Positions 21,845 to 36,344 are shown, numbered from the whole stretch's first letter. The stretch is DNA of 61,451 nucleotides, filler included, from Squatina squatina (GCA_031763465.1; 4 parts of 4 records of this genome joined end to end with filler, not necessarily neighbours in it); one strand, 5' to 3'. Notes: generated by a model not told the origin, from the letters alone. Numbers and translations: made by a program.

Positions 21845-24546
21845 TGCCTGTTGAAATATCATAGTTTTATCAAGTGCTTTGAATGGAAAACAAAATAGAT
21901 TAATGCAGGCCAGTGGTTATATGTGTGTTTTTATATTCTATTTGTACAACATATCTTTGTTAAGAAATATAGTTTGAACTTAAATCTGTTTTTATTTCTT
22001 TTTAAGCAGTCCTTTATTTGTGGCTTAATGTATTTTGTGAATCCATCTCACCTCTTGTCTGGGTTTGGATAACTTGGCAAATCTTAACTTGGCAACTCCA
22101 TTCATGCCAACCGTGCCGTTTCCCCTGGGTAGATTGCGTCCCACTGCCGATCGCAGCCTTTCGTGAGTTCTTCTTTATCAGACTGGGAGCATGAAGGGCA
22201 CCCAATTGGTCTTTTTAACATTTGTGGCTATGTGGTGCCAATAGGTGTCATTTTAGCACGCTATTAGCACTGTCCTTTTCAGTCAGGGAATTGGCCTGAT
22301 AGAAAAAAAGGATTCTGACACTTAGAAAAAATCATCACACTTTCAGCATTAATCACTCTTTCAGCAACACTCATTCTCTCAGACACATTTCAGCATGCCA
22401 ATTGATCAATCTCTCTAATTGCCAGGAATCAACTCTCAACTCAGAACAGCCCATAAAGCTCCCAGCTTTTCATTCCCAGACACTGCTTTGGTCAGTGGGA
22501 GAGGGGTGAGAGGTTTGTTTTGTGAGTTTGTGAGTTAATCCTTTGTTTATTAGTGGAAATGGCTGCAGAACANNNNNNNNNNNNNNNNNNNNNNNNNNNN
22601 NNNNNNNNNNNNNNNNNNNNNNNNNNNNNNNNNNNNNNNNNNNNNNNNNNNNNNNNNNNNNNNNNNNNNNNNAAGTATTAAAAATTAAAACTTTCTGGCG
22701 ATCATATTCCAGAATGCCTAGAAAATAAATCTCAGACATTGTACAATTTTCACACTTTAACAATTGCCACTGCACCACTTCCAGCTTCCTGCCATGCTGT
22801 TTGTAGTAGCACATTGTGTATGAAGCTCAGAGCTGTGCTTTTTTTTATAAAAAGTGATCAGGTAAAGGTGTGTAAAAAAGCATGAGTAGCAATGTGTGTT
22901 GCATGATCGGTAGTTAATGTGAATTGATGAGCACTGTGGAAAAAGTAACTTTTTTTATTTCAGCAGTTTGTGGAAAAGTGTAATACCTAGTGTGTTCTCA
23001 GACTTTTAATGTTGTGTTTGAACCAATTTACTGCTTTGATTTTTTTTTGATTTTTAAAAAAAAAATTTTTTTGTCAACATTTTCATTTAAAATTTGTAAT
23101 CTGGATCATTTTGGGCTAATTTGGAAATACTTTAATTTGACCCAATGCCTGGCTTCTGTTAAGGGCACAGTTATATGCTGATGGACAGATGTTGCTTGGT
23201 GCATTTATAACGCCCAGATCTTTGCCATTTTGTAATCATTGCCAGAACTGCAATACCAATTGATAGGTGATGCATACATTTTGGACCTAAGGGAATTCAG
23301 TTGCTGGTAGCCTGGTGATGGAGCATGAATCTGAGGCCATCTAGGGAGTGCTTATGAATGTAATCCCTGGTGCTGTAGTGATGGCATTGCTTCAGTTTTG
23401 AGCTTGGTCAAGATCTGAATTTTGGACCAGATGTTAACTCACTTCTACATTGCAGGATACTTGATGCCATGTAGGATACAGTGTAGGATGATTTCCTGAC
23501 ATTAGCAAAAGTGCTGCTTCAGATTCATTGACAACCATTGGAAGGTTCAAATCAATTGAGGCAGGAATTAATATTTTCAGCCCACTTTTCCCATCACTCA
23601 TTTCCTTCAAATTCCCTTCTGCTTCTTTGTGGCACTATGTTGAGTAGGTTGCCATGGGCTATTGTGGTGGTCTTTTAAGAATTGCTCATCATGGTGAGTG
23701 CTTGTACAATAGCTTTCAGCCAAATAAAATGACAGTGTGGTGAAACCTGAGAGGTTTTAGTGTAATTGCAGGCCTGAGTTTTGTTTGTGAGTGGACCTAT
23801 GATTGAGTTGGCAGCTGGAAATGCTCATGTAGTTTGTCGGTGGCACTTTGCCTCAGCTTAAAATGTGTTGCTTTTAATAGTCTGGCTCCAATTTTGCTCT
23901 CGGGCAAAATGATTAACTTGGAGGGCTGATTATTGTTATCACTACCACAGCTTAGAGGTTTTCCTCAGGGAATGCAATTTTTTTGAAATAATTTTATTTA
24001 AGTTTTAAAATACGTCAGTCTAAACTTGATCACTGGCATGACAATTTCAAATCTAGATGTCCCTTTAATGCCAGCCTTAACTAGGACTTGAGATTACATA
24101 CCCTAAATTGAAATTAATGGAGGCAGACTAAATTACAAAAGTAAATTTGTCATTTTTTTTTAAAGAATATAAGCATGTTCATTTCTGATGAGTGGGCAAA
24201 CTTGTAGGTGATACTGCTACAGACTTGGTTCAAGTAAATATCCATTCACTTGCCCCATCTAATGTTAGTATTACTAACTGAGAATGCACATGGAAGCATA
24301 AATTACAATGACGCTGTAGCTGAACATCATGAGATTTGGGCTAGGCACGATTGGGACGATTTTACTACATTAAAGTATATTCTATATAAATAAAAGTTTG
24401 ACTATAGGATGCAGCCTCACCGCCCTCCTCCGCACACCAACTGATGCCACATCCTTTGCATGAACATGATCACCCACCAAGGGCGTGGCGCGTACAGATA
24501 GCCAGTGTCCACTCTGACTTTGATGTCAGTGTCATAACTTTGAAGT

Positions 24547-24712
24547 GTCATTATCACGTTGCTGCTTGTGGGAGCTTGCTGTGCGCAAATTGGCTGCCAC
24601 GTTTCCCACATTACAAGTGATTGTACTCCAAAAAGTACTTCATTGGCTGTAAAGTGCTTTGAGATGTCCGGAGGTCATGAAAGGTGCTATATAAATGTAG
24701 GTCTTTCTTTCC
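24547..24712 (+). mobile_element. DeuSINE 3' half
   Basis: GTCATTATCACGTTGCTG..GCTGTGCGCAAATTGGCTGCC..GAAAGGTGCTATATAAATG. Confidence 0.8.
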
Positions 24713-24990
24713 TCAGTTTTGGATGACCTCATGTTTACGGTGGGTAGAACGTGAGAGGTCGGCCTCATTGTGGAGGAGTGCATTGGAATAGCGTGAAACA
24801 AGAGCCAGGAACAAGACTGTAGCTGGGCCTGAAGAACCAGTAGAACCAGTTTGCCAGTAACAGATTCAGCAGGTAACAGCGGCGGTGGGGGAAGGGCTGT
24901 AAGCTGATCAGTTACTTTAAAATTTAAGCAACTGAGCAGCAGATCAGAAACATTGCAACTGAGTCTTACGGTGAGTCCGTTGCAGAAGCG

Positions 24991-25060
24991 CAGGGTGACC
25001 AGGCGTCCCGCTTTTTCCGGGACAGTCCCCGTTTTTCAGGAAACGTCCCGTGTTCCGACA
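24991..25060. mobile_element. Terminus of a hAT (Blackjack-like) non-autonomous DNA transposon
   Basis: CAGGGTGACCAGGCGTCCCG...CCGGGACAGTCCC resembles the AGGGTGACC..GTCCCG..GGGACAGTCC termini of hAT-Blackjack elements. The other end is not visible because of a gap. Confidence 0.6.
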
Positions 25061-25061
25061 C

Positions 25062-25695
25062 TGTGCAGTCCCGACGGAGACCCGGCCGTGGGTGCCCAGT
25101 CCAGACTGAGACCCGGCCGCACGTGCAGTCCCGACGGAGCCCTGGCAGCGCGTGTGCAGTCCCGACGGAGAACCGGCAGCGCTTGCGCAGTCCCGACGGA
25201 GAACCGGCAGCGCGTGCGCAGTCCCAACGGAGCCCGAGCAGCGCGTGCAGTCCCGACGGAGCCCTGGCAGCGTGTGCAGTCCCGACGGAGCCCTGGCAGC
25301 GCGTGCAGTCCCGACGGAGCCCTGGCAGCGCGTGTGCAGTCCCGATGGAGAACCGGCCGCACGTGCGCAGACCTGACGGAGAACCGGCCGCACGTGCGCA
25401 GTCCCAACGGAGACCCGGCCACGTGTGCGCAGTCCCGACAGAGACCCGGCCGCGCCTGCGCAGTCCCGACGGAGACCCGGCCCCGTGTGCGCAGTCCTGA
25501 CGGAGACCCGGCCGCGCGTGCGCAGTCCTGACGGAGACCCGGCCACGTGTGCGCAGTCCGGACGGAGACCCGGCCACGTGTGCGCAGTCCTGACGGAGAC
25601 CCGGCCACGTGTGCGCAGTCCTGACGGAGACCCGGCCGCGCGTGCACAGTCCCGACGGAGACCCGGCCACGTGTGCGCAGTCCTGACGGAGACCC
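25062..25695. repeat. GC/CpG-rich minisatellite, about 21 units of 27-31 bp (consensus GTGCGCAGTCC(C/T)GACGGAGACCCGGCC(G/A)C)
   Basis: Directly visible tandem array that runs into an assembly gap. It produces the many overlapping spurious ORFs in this region. Confidence 0.95.
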
Positions 25696-27826
25696 NNNNN
25701 NNNNNNNNNNNNNNNNNNNNNNNNNNNNNNNNNNNNNNNNNNNNNNNNNNNNNNNNNNNNNNNNNNNNNNNNNNNNNNNNNNNNNNNNNNNNNNNCTAGC
25801 CAATCTTTCAAAAGCAATTTCATTAGAGCAAGACAAGGCATGGTGGTCCCCAAAGAACTTGAGGCTTGACTCCTTTAAATCTTGTTTTATATTGAAAGCT
25901 GTGAAATTTCCAGAACCACCTGTTTATTGTGTTCGAAATAGCTGTATCAACCCTGTGCAAAAAAACCCCACAATTGTTCTGTAGTTGCTTCTGTGAAATA
26001 TTGTAATGAACTATTTTACTTTTTGTAAACATGCTTCATTTATTTTTTCTATCTATGTACAGCATGTAATTAGTAAAAGGTTTTGTTTTTTTACCGTGAG
26101 TTTTGGGAACAAACAACCTGTGTTTTTACATATAGATTCCTGCAGCAAGGATATTCCGTACATAACATACAGTTAGCCAGGGTATTGTCCAAGGGTGCCA
26201 GGAGCACTCCAATACCCTACCTCAATGGTCATTTTTCACGTTAGCCTGGATGGTAAATGTTGGCAGGCTATTAATCCATGGAACTGAACACAAACTGGGG
26301 ATCAAATCAGGGAGCTTCCTTACCTGTATGGCTTATTATTGCAACAGGTAGTGCCATTGGAGGAGCCTGTGGCTTCTTTTCTAATTTTTCTGCTTACCTT
26401 TTATGCCGTGCTCCATTCTCTACGTAAGAGGATGGTTGGACAACCTGGTTCTATTCCTTTGCCAATGTAACCATCCATTAGCTGTGCACAAGAATGGCCA
26501 ATGGTAGCTAATCCTCTTTATTCCAACAATCTCCTCCTCTTGTTAACGTGACAGGACAAAATGTCACATTTTGTGTCTCCTGAGTTGATGCAACTCTGAT
26601 CAGAAAGTGACCAAAGAAAAAAGCTAAAAATTAATGCCTCAACAGCTGTAGCATCTGCAGTATAGGCTTGCACATGGAGTTAGGGAAACCCAGGAGCAAC
26701 ATCAACAAGGTTTAGTAGGTGTACCGGGAGTGAAGGTTAGCCATAAGCTCCCCAGTATAGTCATATCAGTTCCTTCGTCTTCAGCTCTCATTGCATCCAT
26801 CAAGTGTGCCAAGCTGCAATTCCTTGTTCTGTATCACTTTCTCTTGCTGTTTTTCTTTAGTGTAGATTACAACTATTAACAACAAATTGGTCCAGTTGTT
26901 CTAAATAATGTGTCGTACAACAAAGTGTGTTCTCATTTAAGGTACCGCGTGACTGTCCATCAATGAAAATGTGTTATGCAATAGAATGGGTAAATACTGC
27001 TGGCTTTGTTGCAGTTGCACATCAAGACCTGGTGGAATAAACAAATTGGTGAGTGTTACATTGCAGCTTTACAGGGAGGGAAAGTGTCTGCAGCTGCAGG
27101 CAGCAAATCAGGGTGATGTCAAACTGTGGAAGAGCAAAGGGATTTAGGTGTCTCATATATGTGGGTTGAACAAATGAAGGACAGAGACGCGATGAGCTGC
27201 TAGTCCATGTGGTGGCTTTATTAGGCCAGCGTGAACTGAGCATGCTCATACCAAACCATGTGATAATACATTGCAAAATTCATAAAATGGGAACATAAGA
27301 ACCAAATGAGGGGATTGACACAACAATTTCAACTGTGCAAGCTGAGTGACTGTATGGAATCATAATCCATCAAATATGTCCAAAGGCAAGGGAATGACCA
27401 GATAGTGTTTAAGAGCACATACTAGACCCCATTTCATTAATAAAGGTGCAGAAAGTAACGACCTTTTTCCACCTTTGCTATGAGACAGCCAGTTTGGGAA
27501 GACAATCAACAAAGGAGATGAGGGCTCTGCCCTGAGTAGTTATGACAATAGCTGAATCAGAGCTAATCACTGTGATGTGTACAGGATCCAGAATTACTCA
27601 CACCTTATCTAAACCTGAGGTAGATTACATAGACTACCATAGATATCATAGAGTCATTACGGCACAGAAGGAGGCCATTCGGCCCATCGAGTCTATGCCG
27701 GCTTTCTTTAGAGCAATCCAGACGGTNNNNNNNNNNNNNNNNNNNNNNNNNNNNNNNNNNNNNNNNNNNNNNNNNNNNNNNNNNNNNNNNNNNNNNNNNN
27801 NNNNNNNNNNNNNNNNNNNNNNNNNN

Positions 27827-28040
27827 TTTCACACCAAGTGCAGTGGAAATCTGGAACTCTGCCTCAAAAGATGGGCCAGTTGAAATTTTCAAGACTGAGA
27901 TTAAAAGATTTTTGTTAGATAAGTATATTAAGGGTTTTGGAGAAATGGGTAAATAGATTTGAGGTACAGATCAGCCATGATCTAATAAAATGGCGGAGCA
28001 GGCTCAAGGGGCTGAATGGCCTACTCCTGTTTATGTTCAC
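27827..28040 (+). mobile_element. CR1 LINE 3' end
   Basis: TTCACAC..AGTGGAAATCTGGAACTC..TCAGCCATGATCT..GGCTCAAGGGGCTGAATGGCCTACTCCTG. Confidence 0.75.
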
Positions 28041-31000
28041 CTATAATCTACAGGTTTTTTAAAAGCCTAAGCTCAGCACCTAGTTACCTCGTATTCTGTC
28101 CCACTAAATTCCTGCAGCAAGAATTTACATAGTATACAGTTGGCCAGAGTATTGTTCCAAGGGTGCCAGCAGCACTCCAATACCCTGCCTCAGTGGTCAT
28201 TTTTCATGTGTGAGCTTGGATGGTAAATGTTGACAGGCTATTAATCCATGGAACTGAACTCAAACTGGGGATCAAATCTGGGACCGTCCTTGTCTGTATG
28301 GCTTCTTATCACAACAGGCAGTGCCATTGGCTTCTTTTCTGATTTATCTGCTTACCTTTCACGCCATGCACTATTCCCCAAATCCTGGTGGAATAAACAA
28401 ATTGCTTCGTGTTATATCACTGCTTTAGAGGAGGGCAGGGTCTGCAGCTGCAGGCAGCGAATCAGGGAACGGGGAGCTTGAGTGCATCCGTTTCAGTATA
28501 GGCACTGTTACTATTTATGTTCTCATCAGGTGGCCCTGGTAGATGTGAAGAAAAGTGCAACACAAAGCACACAATTAGTACAATTTCAGTAGCACTAGAT
28601 ATTATTAAATAGTTTCCATGAAAGATTTTCCATGTTAAATTTGGAGCCATTATAAAAAGCAGAATTTACAGTTCTGGGTTTGAAAAATTCATTTTTGGTG
28701 GGCTGCTGACGTCAATGTTGCATCACCTTACTTTCTACTCATATCATTGTGGCCTTTGAGTCTCANNNNNNNNNNNNNNNNNNNNNNNNNNNNNNNNNNN
28801 NNNNNNNNNNNNNNNNNNNNNNNNNNNNNNNNNNNNNNNNNNNNNNNNNNNNNNNNNNNNNNNNNCAGAAGATGGCACCTCCGCCAGTGCAGCACTCCCT
28901 CAGTACTTCATTGAAGCGAAGTGAAGACGACTCTGTATGATGAAAGTAAGGTTGGTACAGCTTGTTGATAAACCCACCCCATTACAACTCCAGGCCATCA
29001 TCTATTTTTAATAATTTATCTAAGTATATAATTGTAAATGCGGTAATGTGGAGCCAGTTTTTGAAGTTGCTCTTCCAACTTGCTTGCCATCTTGTAACTT
29101 AAAAAAAAAACTTATGTTCACTAACTGACTGGGATATGCCACGGGAACATTATCCATATGTATAATAAAGTGATAATTCAGATAAAATTTACTATATTAG
29201 CTAAAGAATATTACTGTTAAAGACACTGCCAGTGTGATGCTAAGCCATACAGACCATGTTCAATCCATAGTATGTACTGAGTTATCTGATCTAAACTGGA
29301 GCGACTGTAGTGGTTCTGCAATTGGCCCTGGGCTGAGGAAGGGATAGCACCAAATTTTCATTCCGCGACTCCTGCCAGAAAGTGCACATGGGGAGTACAG
29401 GTGAGGAAATACTCCCCCAAGTCTGCCGAAGCTCATAAATAAAGAATTGGACACTTGGGTACCAAAGGGCTGCTAGTGTCCATGGAGTTCTACACATTGT
29501 TCAGGAAAAAAAGATCGAACACTGTACATTATTGTAAAGCAGCCCAGTGACCAAGTACAGTAGTCAAAAATAGCCTGTTCAGAATGGTAATCTTGTAACC
29601 TGGGAAGTAATTTATTTTCTATTAAAGTAAATAAAATGGTGATTTAAATCTTTTCCATATGAAGTGAACCTAAAATGGTTCTTATGACAACCAAATCACG
29701 AGGAATGTGGCCCATGAGACTTGTTTTAAGGAGATTGAACAGTAAGGTTAATTTTCCTTGAATAATTGTGGCTTATACTGGCTTTCCTACCCAATAATTG
29801 TATTATACTTTGAATCTCATTAACTCTTGTCTGGTAGCTGCATTAGTTTCTCATATCTAATCACTTTATTGGGCATTTGGCAGGCTGTGTGGGAACTTTA
29901 AAAAAAAATTGTTCTCAGGATATGGGTAGTGTGGTCAAGGCTGCCTTTCTTGTCTATCCCCGAGTGGCTTGCTAGGTATTAAAGGTCCACTTTTAACCTA
30001 ACCTCTCTGGTTTGGGTCAGGTGCCCATTTTATACCCTGACTGATTTTAATATCAATTGAAGTGAAAAGAGANNNNNNNNNNNNNNNNNNNNNNNNNNNN
30101 NNNNNNNNNNNNNNNNNNNNNNNNNNNNNNNNNNNNNNNNNNNNNNNNNNNNNNNNNNNNNNNNNNNNNNNNATTATGTTGTGATCGGCATTGCCCAGAT
30201 GTTCCCCGACGCTTGCATCTCTTATCTGTTCTGGTTCATTTCCCATTACTAGATCCAGCAGTGCTCCTTAGGCTCCTGGGCATGTTACTAAACATTTATC
30301 TAAATAGTAAGGCTAATACTCATAAGGCATAGAAAGTTGGGACTTGTATGTTAGATCACTTATCACAAGAGTGAAAAATCTAGAGCAAAGAAAGGGAGAA
30401 AAGACCCATAAATATATCAGTCCAGTAACAAAGTATTCATGTATTTGTACATTAGATTCATCAACCTAGTTACCAGTTTGTAAAAGTAACTAAGAAAAAT
30501 TGGGAGTTGCATTGCTGTGTGTTTGCTTTGCTCTTTCTCTTCCTAACTGCACACTCTGATTCCCTCTTCCACAATGTGCTGCAACAAAAGACTTGCCCCC
30601 ATGTTTGAAAAACACTTAAAATCCATTAAAGCAGAAAATGAGATGGTGCACTGTTTTGGTGTACGAGCTGTTATTTTGATGTGAGAGTATATTTAAATTA
30701 AACATGTAGCTGACAGCGCATCCAAGCCCTGCTGAAAAATATTAACATCATCAGTGCCAGTCAGTTCTGATTTTACTACTGTCATTTACTTGAACACACT
30801 TTCCCTGTGGAGCCCTNNNNNNNNNNNNNNNNNNNNNNNNNNNNNNNNNNNNNNNNNNNNNNNNNNNNNNNNNNNNNNNNNNNNNNNNNNNNNNNNNNNN
30901 NNNNNNNNNNNNNNNNAGAAATACTATTGTGGGAAATGGATGCAGTTTGATTGTCCTGAGGTTGGAATTCAGAGGGAAAATAGAAGGGACTTTATTCCAC

Positions 31001-31655
31001 AGTGAGCTTCTCTGTATCTAACTTGGAAGTGAGAGTGGCACTGGATACCTTAATTAGGAAAATGTTCCATTCTCCAGCACTTGTCTTTTTCACCCAAAGC
31101 ACAGGATTTCTTCATTTATTTTTAAAATCCTGTTCTGCATAAACATTGGAGTTAGGTCGGAGATCAGTCATGATCCCAAGAATGGCGAACAGGCTTGAGG
31201 GGCTCAATGTCCTACTTTTGTTCCTATTGCTGCTTTATTGCACAATAGTTTGGGATTTCTACGGTCCTAAAACTGCAACCAGCCTCTCAGATCTCTAAAA
31301 TGCTGTGTAGTGCACCTTTTAAAACATCTGTTTGATTTTGTTAAAAATGTACCAGTCTATGTCTCACAGCTGTCAGGCGTTTACGATAGGATATAGTAAT
31401 TAACAGTCTGTTTAATTCAACCATGGACAAATTTTCAATTTCATAGCCAAATGGAGGAAGTAAACTGTCTTAACATTTTAAATAAGTACTCATTTTCTCA
31501 GTGGGTTGGTGAAGAAGACTTTTTTTAAATGGAAAGTGGGAGGATGAACTCGGTGGCCTTGTGGGTTAGTAATTAAAACACTTTGCTGCTTTGCTTCTGC
31601 AACTTGGATTTGAGTCTACCTCAGAGAGATGGAATTAAACCTCTGTCTTCATCTC

Positions 31656-31755
31656 NNNNNNNNNNNNNNNNNNNNNNNNNNNNNNNNNNNNNNNNNNNNT
31701 TAATTAATTAANNNNNNNNNNNNNNNNNNNNNNNNNNNNNNNNNNNNNNNNNNNN
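31656..31755. other. Artificial scaffold linker N44-TTAATTAATTAA-N44
   Basis: Same structure as the linker at 14116. Confidence 0.95.
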
Positions 31756-34479
31756 ACTCGTGTAGGTTTCCTATGTTCTTCCGGCACGGTGTAGAAAAGA
31801 CTGGAAATTACAAGAGCTTTCTTCCCTGTGAAGTAATAGATATGTGGAGCAGGCTGCCAACCAAAGTAGTTGATGCTGTGTTGATTAACTTCATTAAGGA
31901 ACTGGATAGCTGTTTGGGAACAATATTGGAGGATACAAGAATAAATATAAACTGAAATCAAATATTCCAGGGACAAAATAGTTCCCCCGTGCTACTGGGG
32001 CATGGAGCAAGTGGTGTTTTTGGAGAAAAGTAGGCCACGGTTGAGTAGTGGAGATGTGGTCATGGACTTTTGCTCGTTTGATCTTGTGCATTAAGGAGCA
32101 TTTATGCATAATATTTCCTCAGAACATTAGGTTGATAAGGAATGTTATAATTTGAGCTTTCTGCTGATACCTTCAGCTTGTTTGCAACAGACAAAAGTTC
32201 CCTTCTGTAGGCAAACCCTCACTTCCCTGCTCATCAAGCCATGACCTTATGTGCACAATATCTGGACATCACATGCCCAGGGCAAGAATGGACACCTTTT
32301 ACCATTGATATTACATTGGAAAGAATATGGGTCAATTCCACAACATGGCAGAAAAAAATGTACTGACAAATCAAATCAAATGATTCATACCAAAAGCTAT
32401 TAATTTTGGTTTAGTTCAGGCAGTAGAATAAGTGCAGGAATAGAATATTTGATTTCTCACCAATATTTTAAAACCACTCCAAAACAATGGAAGTCAAAGA
32501 CCGTTCAGTAACTTTGAACCAAACTTTGATAATGAAAAGCCTTATGTGGGAGATGAACATCACAAAGTCCCTTATTAGCCTTTATAGTAATACAACAAGA
32601 AGGAAACTAGCCAGCAAGGACTCCATCTCGTTATATCTCTGTCTCTTCCCATTGATCCAGGCCAGCACAAAAGGAAGATAAAAGATATCATTCATAATTA
32701 AAGATCCATCAATCAAATCAGATTCTTACTGGTAACCGTGCAACCTTTCTGATGGACTGAGTGACAGCTCCTTGTGAGTCTGGGAAAAATGACCCCCTGT
32801 TAAGACAGGCATCCAGATAATGCTTACTACAAGAAAAGTTCAGAGCCAACTTGAATACCAAACTGAGGAATCAATCAAATCAGTTATTCTGATGGGAGAT
32901 TGCCTAAGACCATTCTACATATTAGTCAGAATATGGATTACCTAACCTTCCCCAATGCAAGCAAAATAAAGACAAGAGACTATCTCTCCTGGAATGTAAT
33001 TGCATAAGTCGTTTTACAGGTGCTTTCATACTGGCAAGCTACCATTTTTTTAATGTGTTTTTTATAATCTCAAACAGTCAGATCTCCAATTTGTTGTCTA
33101 TGATGGAATCTATTGTACATGGTCTGTCGAAGCAGCATGCTTAATGGACTACATGGCCTTCTCTCATTTCATATTTTTCTTTTGTTCTTCAAAATAAAAC
33201 TGTGTTGCAAGTAGATCTGTGGATATTGAAATGTTTATCTCAATAGGGATTTGCTCTTTAAGTTGCATTGAATAGAAAAAAGAAAAAGAAATGATTTAAA
33301 ATTAGGTGTAGTACTCCATCAAGTTTCTTTACTGGAAAATTACCCACACTAGGTAAAATTGTCTTCTGTGTGTTATTTACAGCGAGTTTGTAACATGTAC
33401 ATGAATTTGGCACAAACAGAAACAGAGGAATCCTTCCCTTTGACTAGCATTAGTCAAACCTGAGATGAGCAATGAGAACAATTATCAGCTATTAAATCCA
33501 ATGTTTTTAATGTCAAAAGCTTACTTCTGTCAGTACATTAACTACATCTACTTAGAGACTCATAGCTAACTGGAAACATTCCTAATTCCTTAGCTCCAGG
33601 AAATAGCTTACCCAAGTAAAGTCCTGTTCAGTGGCTGTTTCCATATTTAAGAATCAGCATGAAAGAATCCTTCTCCTCATATGCAACAAGGCACTTGCAT
33701 TTTCTAAACATTTTCTAATCGTGAGGCTCTGGTGATTTTGGAAAACACGAAAATATGAAACGAATTCTTCTTTCAAAACAGAATTTAAGCGTACTTAAAA
33801 AAAAATTTAAATGGCTTGAGCTCAACACGATCTGTTATGAGGGCTGAGCTCAATCAATCATGCATTCATAACATTTAAGGGTCACTTAATGATTAACATT
33901 GAAAAGCTTGTTTGCAGTGGAAAACTGTCTTGAGCTTGCTGTTGGACTGCTTTAAAGGGTAAATTCACAGAATTGTAATTTTCTGAAGGTGAGGCATAGA
34001 GTCATTACGGCACAGAAAAAGGCCATTCGGCCCATCGAGTCCATTCCTATTTAAATTTTTTAAAATGCACCTAATCCTCCTAAACTTGGTCAAATTTATC
34101 TTTAGTGAATAACCAAATGATAAGTGTAAATTCAAGTCATGTAATAATGTAATGAAAAAATCAACTTAGTTCCACAAAATAGATGATAATGTACATTTAT
34201 GTATTGGTTCACTTTGTATGATTTAATTTCTTCTCAAAATATTATCGCTGATTTTGTTTTCACTGCAAAACCAGACAGCCATTTATGTTTCTTTGCAACT
34301 TTACAAAATTGTTTGTATAGTAGGAGTTCGTAACTCCATTAGTTCAGAAAGGTGTGTCTGAGAGAGAAACAAGGAAATTATAGACATTAGTCTAATATCT
34401 GTTGTGGGGAAGTTATTGGAATCTATAATTAAGGGCAAAGTGACTGAGCACTTGGAAATTATTTTCTAAATTTTATTAT

Positions 34480-35190
34480 TTATTCATTCTCGGGATGTGG
34501 GCATCGCTGGCAAGGCCAACATTCATTGTCCATCCCTAGTTGCCCTTGAAAGGCACCTTCTTGAACCGTTGAAGTCTGTGTAGTGAAGTCAGGTGGGGAG
34601 TTCCAGGATTTTGACCCAGCGCTGATGAAGGAATGGCAATATATGGCTAAGTCAGGAGTTGCAAGGGAACTTGGAGGTGGTGGTGTTCCCAGGTGACTGC
34701 TGCAGTCCTAGGTGGTAGAGGACGCAGGTTTTGAAGATCCTGTCAAAGAAGCCTTGGTGAGTTGCTGCAGTTCACCTTGTAGATGGTGCACACTGTGGCC
34801 ACTGTGTGCCAGTGGCGGAAGAAGCGAATGTTTAAGGTGGTGGATGGGGTGCCAATCAAGTGGGCTGCTTTGTCCTGGATGGTGTCAAGTTTCTTGAGTG
34901 TTGTTGGAGCTACACTCATCCAGACAAGTAGGTCATCACACTTCTGACTTGTGCTTTGTAGATATTGGAAAAGCTTTGTGGAGTCAGGAGGTGAGACTCT
35001 CACAGCAGAATATGCATCCTCTGAGCCGCTCTTGTTGCCACAGTATTTATGTGGCTGGTCCAGTTAAGTTTCTGGTCAACAGGATGTTGATGGTGAGGGA
35101 TTCGACAATGGTAATGCTGTTGAATGTCAAGGGGTGGTGGTTAGACTCTCGCTTGTTGGAGACAGCCATTGCATGGCATTTGTGTGGCAC
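34480..35190 (-). mobile_element. CR1-clade LINE ORF2 3' part and tail (degenerate)
   Basis: TTLKKLDTIQDKAAHLIGTPSTTLNI...ATVCTIYK and PHKCHAMAVSNKRESNH, with frameshifts. Confidence 0.75.
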
Positions 35191-36344
35191 NNNNNNNNNN
35201 NNNNNNNNNNNNNNNNNNNNNNNNNNNNNNNNNNNNNNNNNNNNNNNNNNNNNNNNNNNNNNNNNNNNNNNNNNNNNNNNNNNNNNNNNNTTTCGTAGAC
35301 TGGTCAACTTTAATAGTTACTTGAAAACACTTCTCGTAGTTTAGCAAACTACATTTCAATCCCTCAGGAAGTGACATCGCTATCAATGTGCAGTACCTTT
35401 TGTGAAACCTCTCAGGAGAAATAATGTTACATTCTTTTCATAGTGACTGTTAAAAAGATTATAAAGCTGGTCGTCCTAGAGATGCGAGGGGAAATAAATA
35501 TGAGAACTACCTGCTGTTAGTAAAGTTAAGCAAAGAAATAGTTCAAGCTTCAATTAGCCAGATGGCATGTATATTAAATCTGTGCTCTAAGGATTACAGG
35601 ACTCAGTGGTGATTTGTAACACAATACACAACACAAGTCCATTTTTCTATTTGATTCTGTCAAAAGTTTAGAGGTCATTGGTTAATCAGACTCTGCATGA
35701 CATTATATTCAAACTCCATTAAAGTGGGTAATTGCAAGTCATTCTGCTGAAATATGAAATGAGTTTACTCATTGACAGCAATTTTGTAAGGCACTAACAA
35801 TCTTCATAATCAATCTTTGTAATTCGCAAGGTACTAGGACTGACAGTTGGCTGTATATTGTGATACCATCTGGACACCTGAGGGATTTGGTTGGGGGATT
35901 GACTCAGTTTAGTTAGTGAGGTGGAAAGATGTTTTATACACTAACTACAATCATTAAAATAGCTGCCCAGTGGCTCTACCTATTAATGTACAGTGACAGG
36001 GATCAGGAGATGCACATTTAAATCCATTCAGCTGACATTCATAAATGGGCTTTCTCTGCATTGTGAGTCAGTCACTAAAAGCCAAAGAGAGAGAGAAGGG
36101 GAATCAGAGGGAAGGAAACGTTCTTTGATCTATGGGCATAACCTTCCATATGTAGCATTCTGCTGAATAAAAGACATGGAATTGATCTTGAGTTTCTGCT
36201 TTGTTGATAATGAGTGCATCGAATGAGAAAAAAAGCTGCAGAATTTTGATACCAGCCCTGAGCTGAAGCCAAGTCTCGGACTTCCCCAAGCCCCACTTTT
36301 TCTGTGGCTTGTCTGCAGATACATTTTATTGAGAAATAAAAACT

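Noticed and set aside
24944-25853. Long overlapping ORFs (up to 295 aa), and a CRISPR-like appearance of the repeat array
   Set aside because: The ORFs come from a stop-poor GC-rich minisatellite. The units are contiguous with no unique spacers, there are no cas genes, and the context is eukaryotic.
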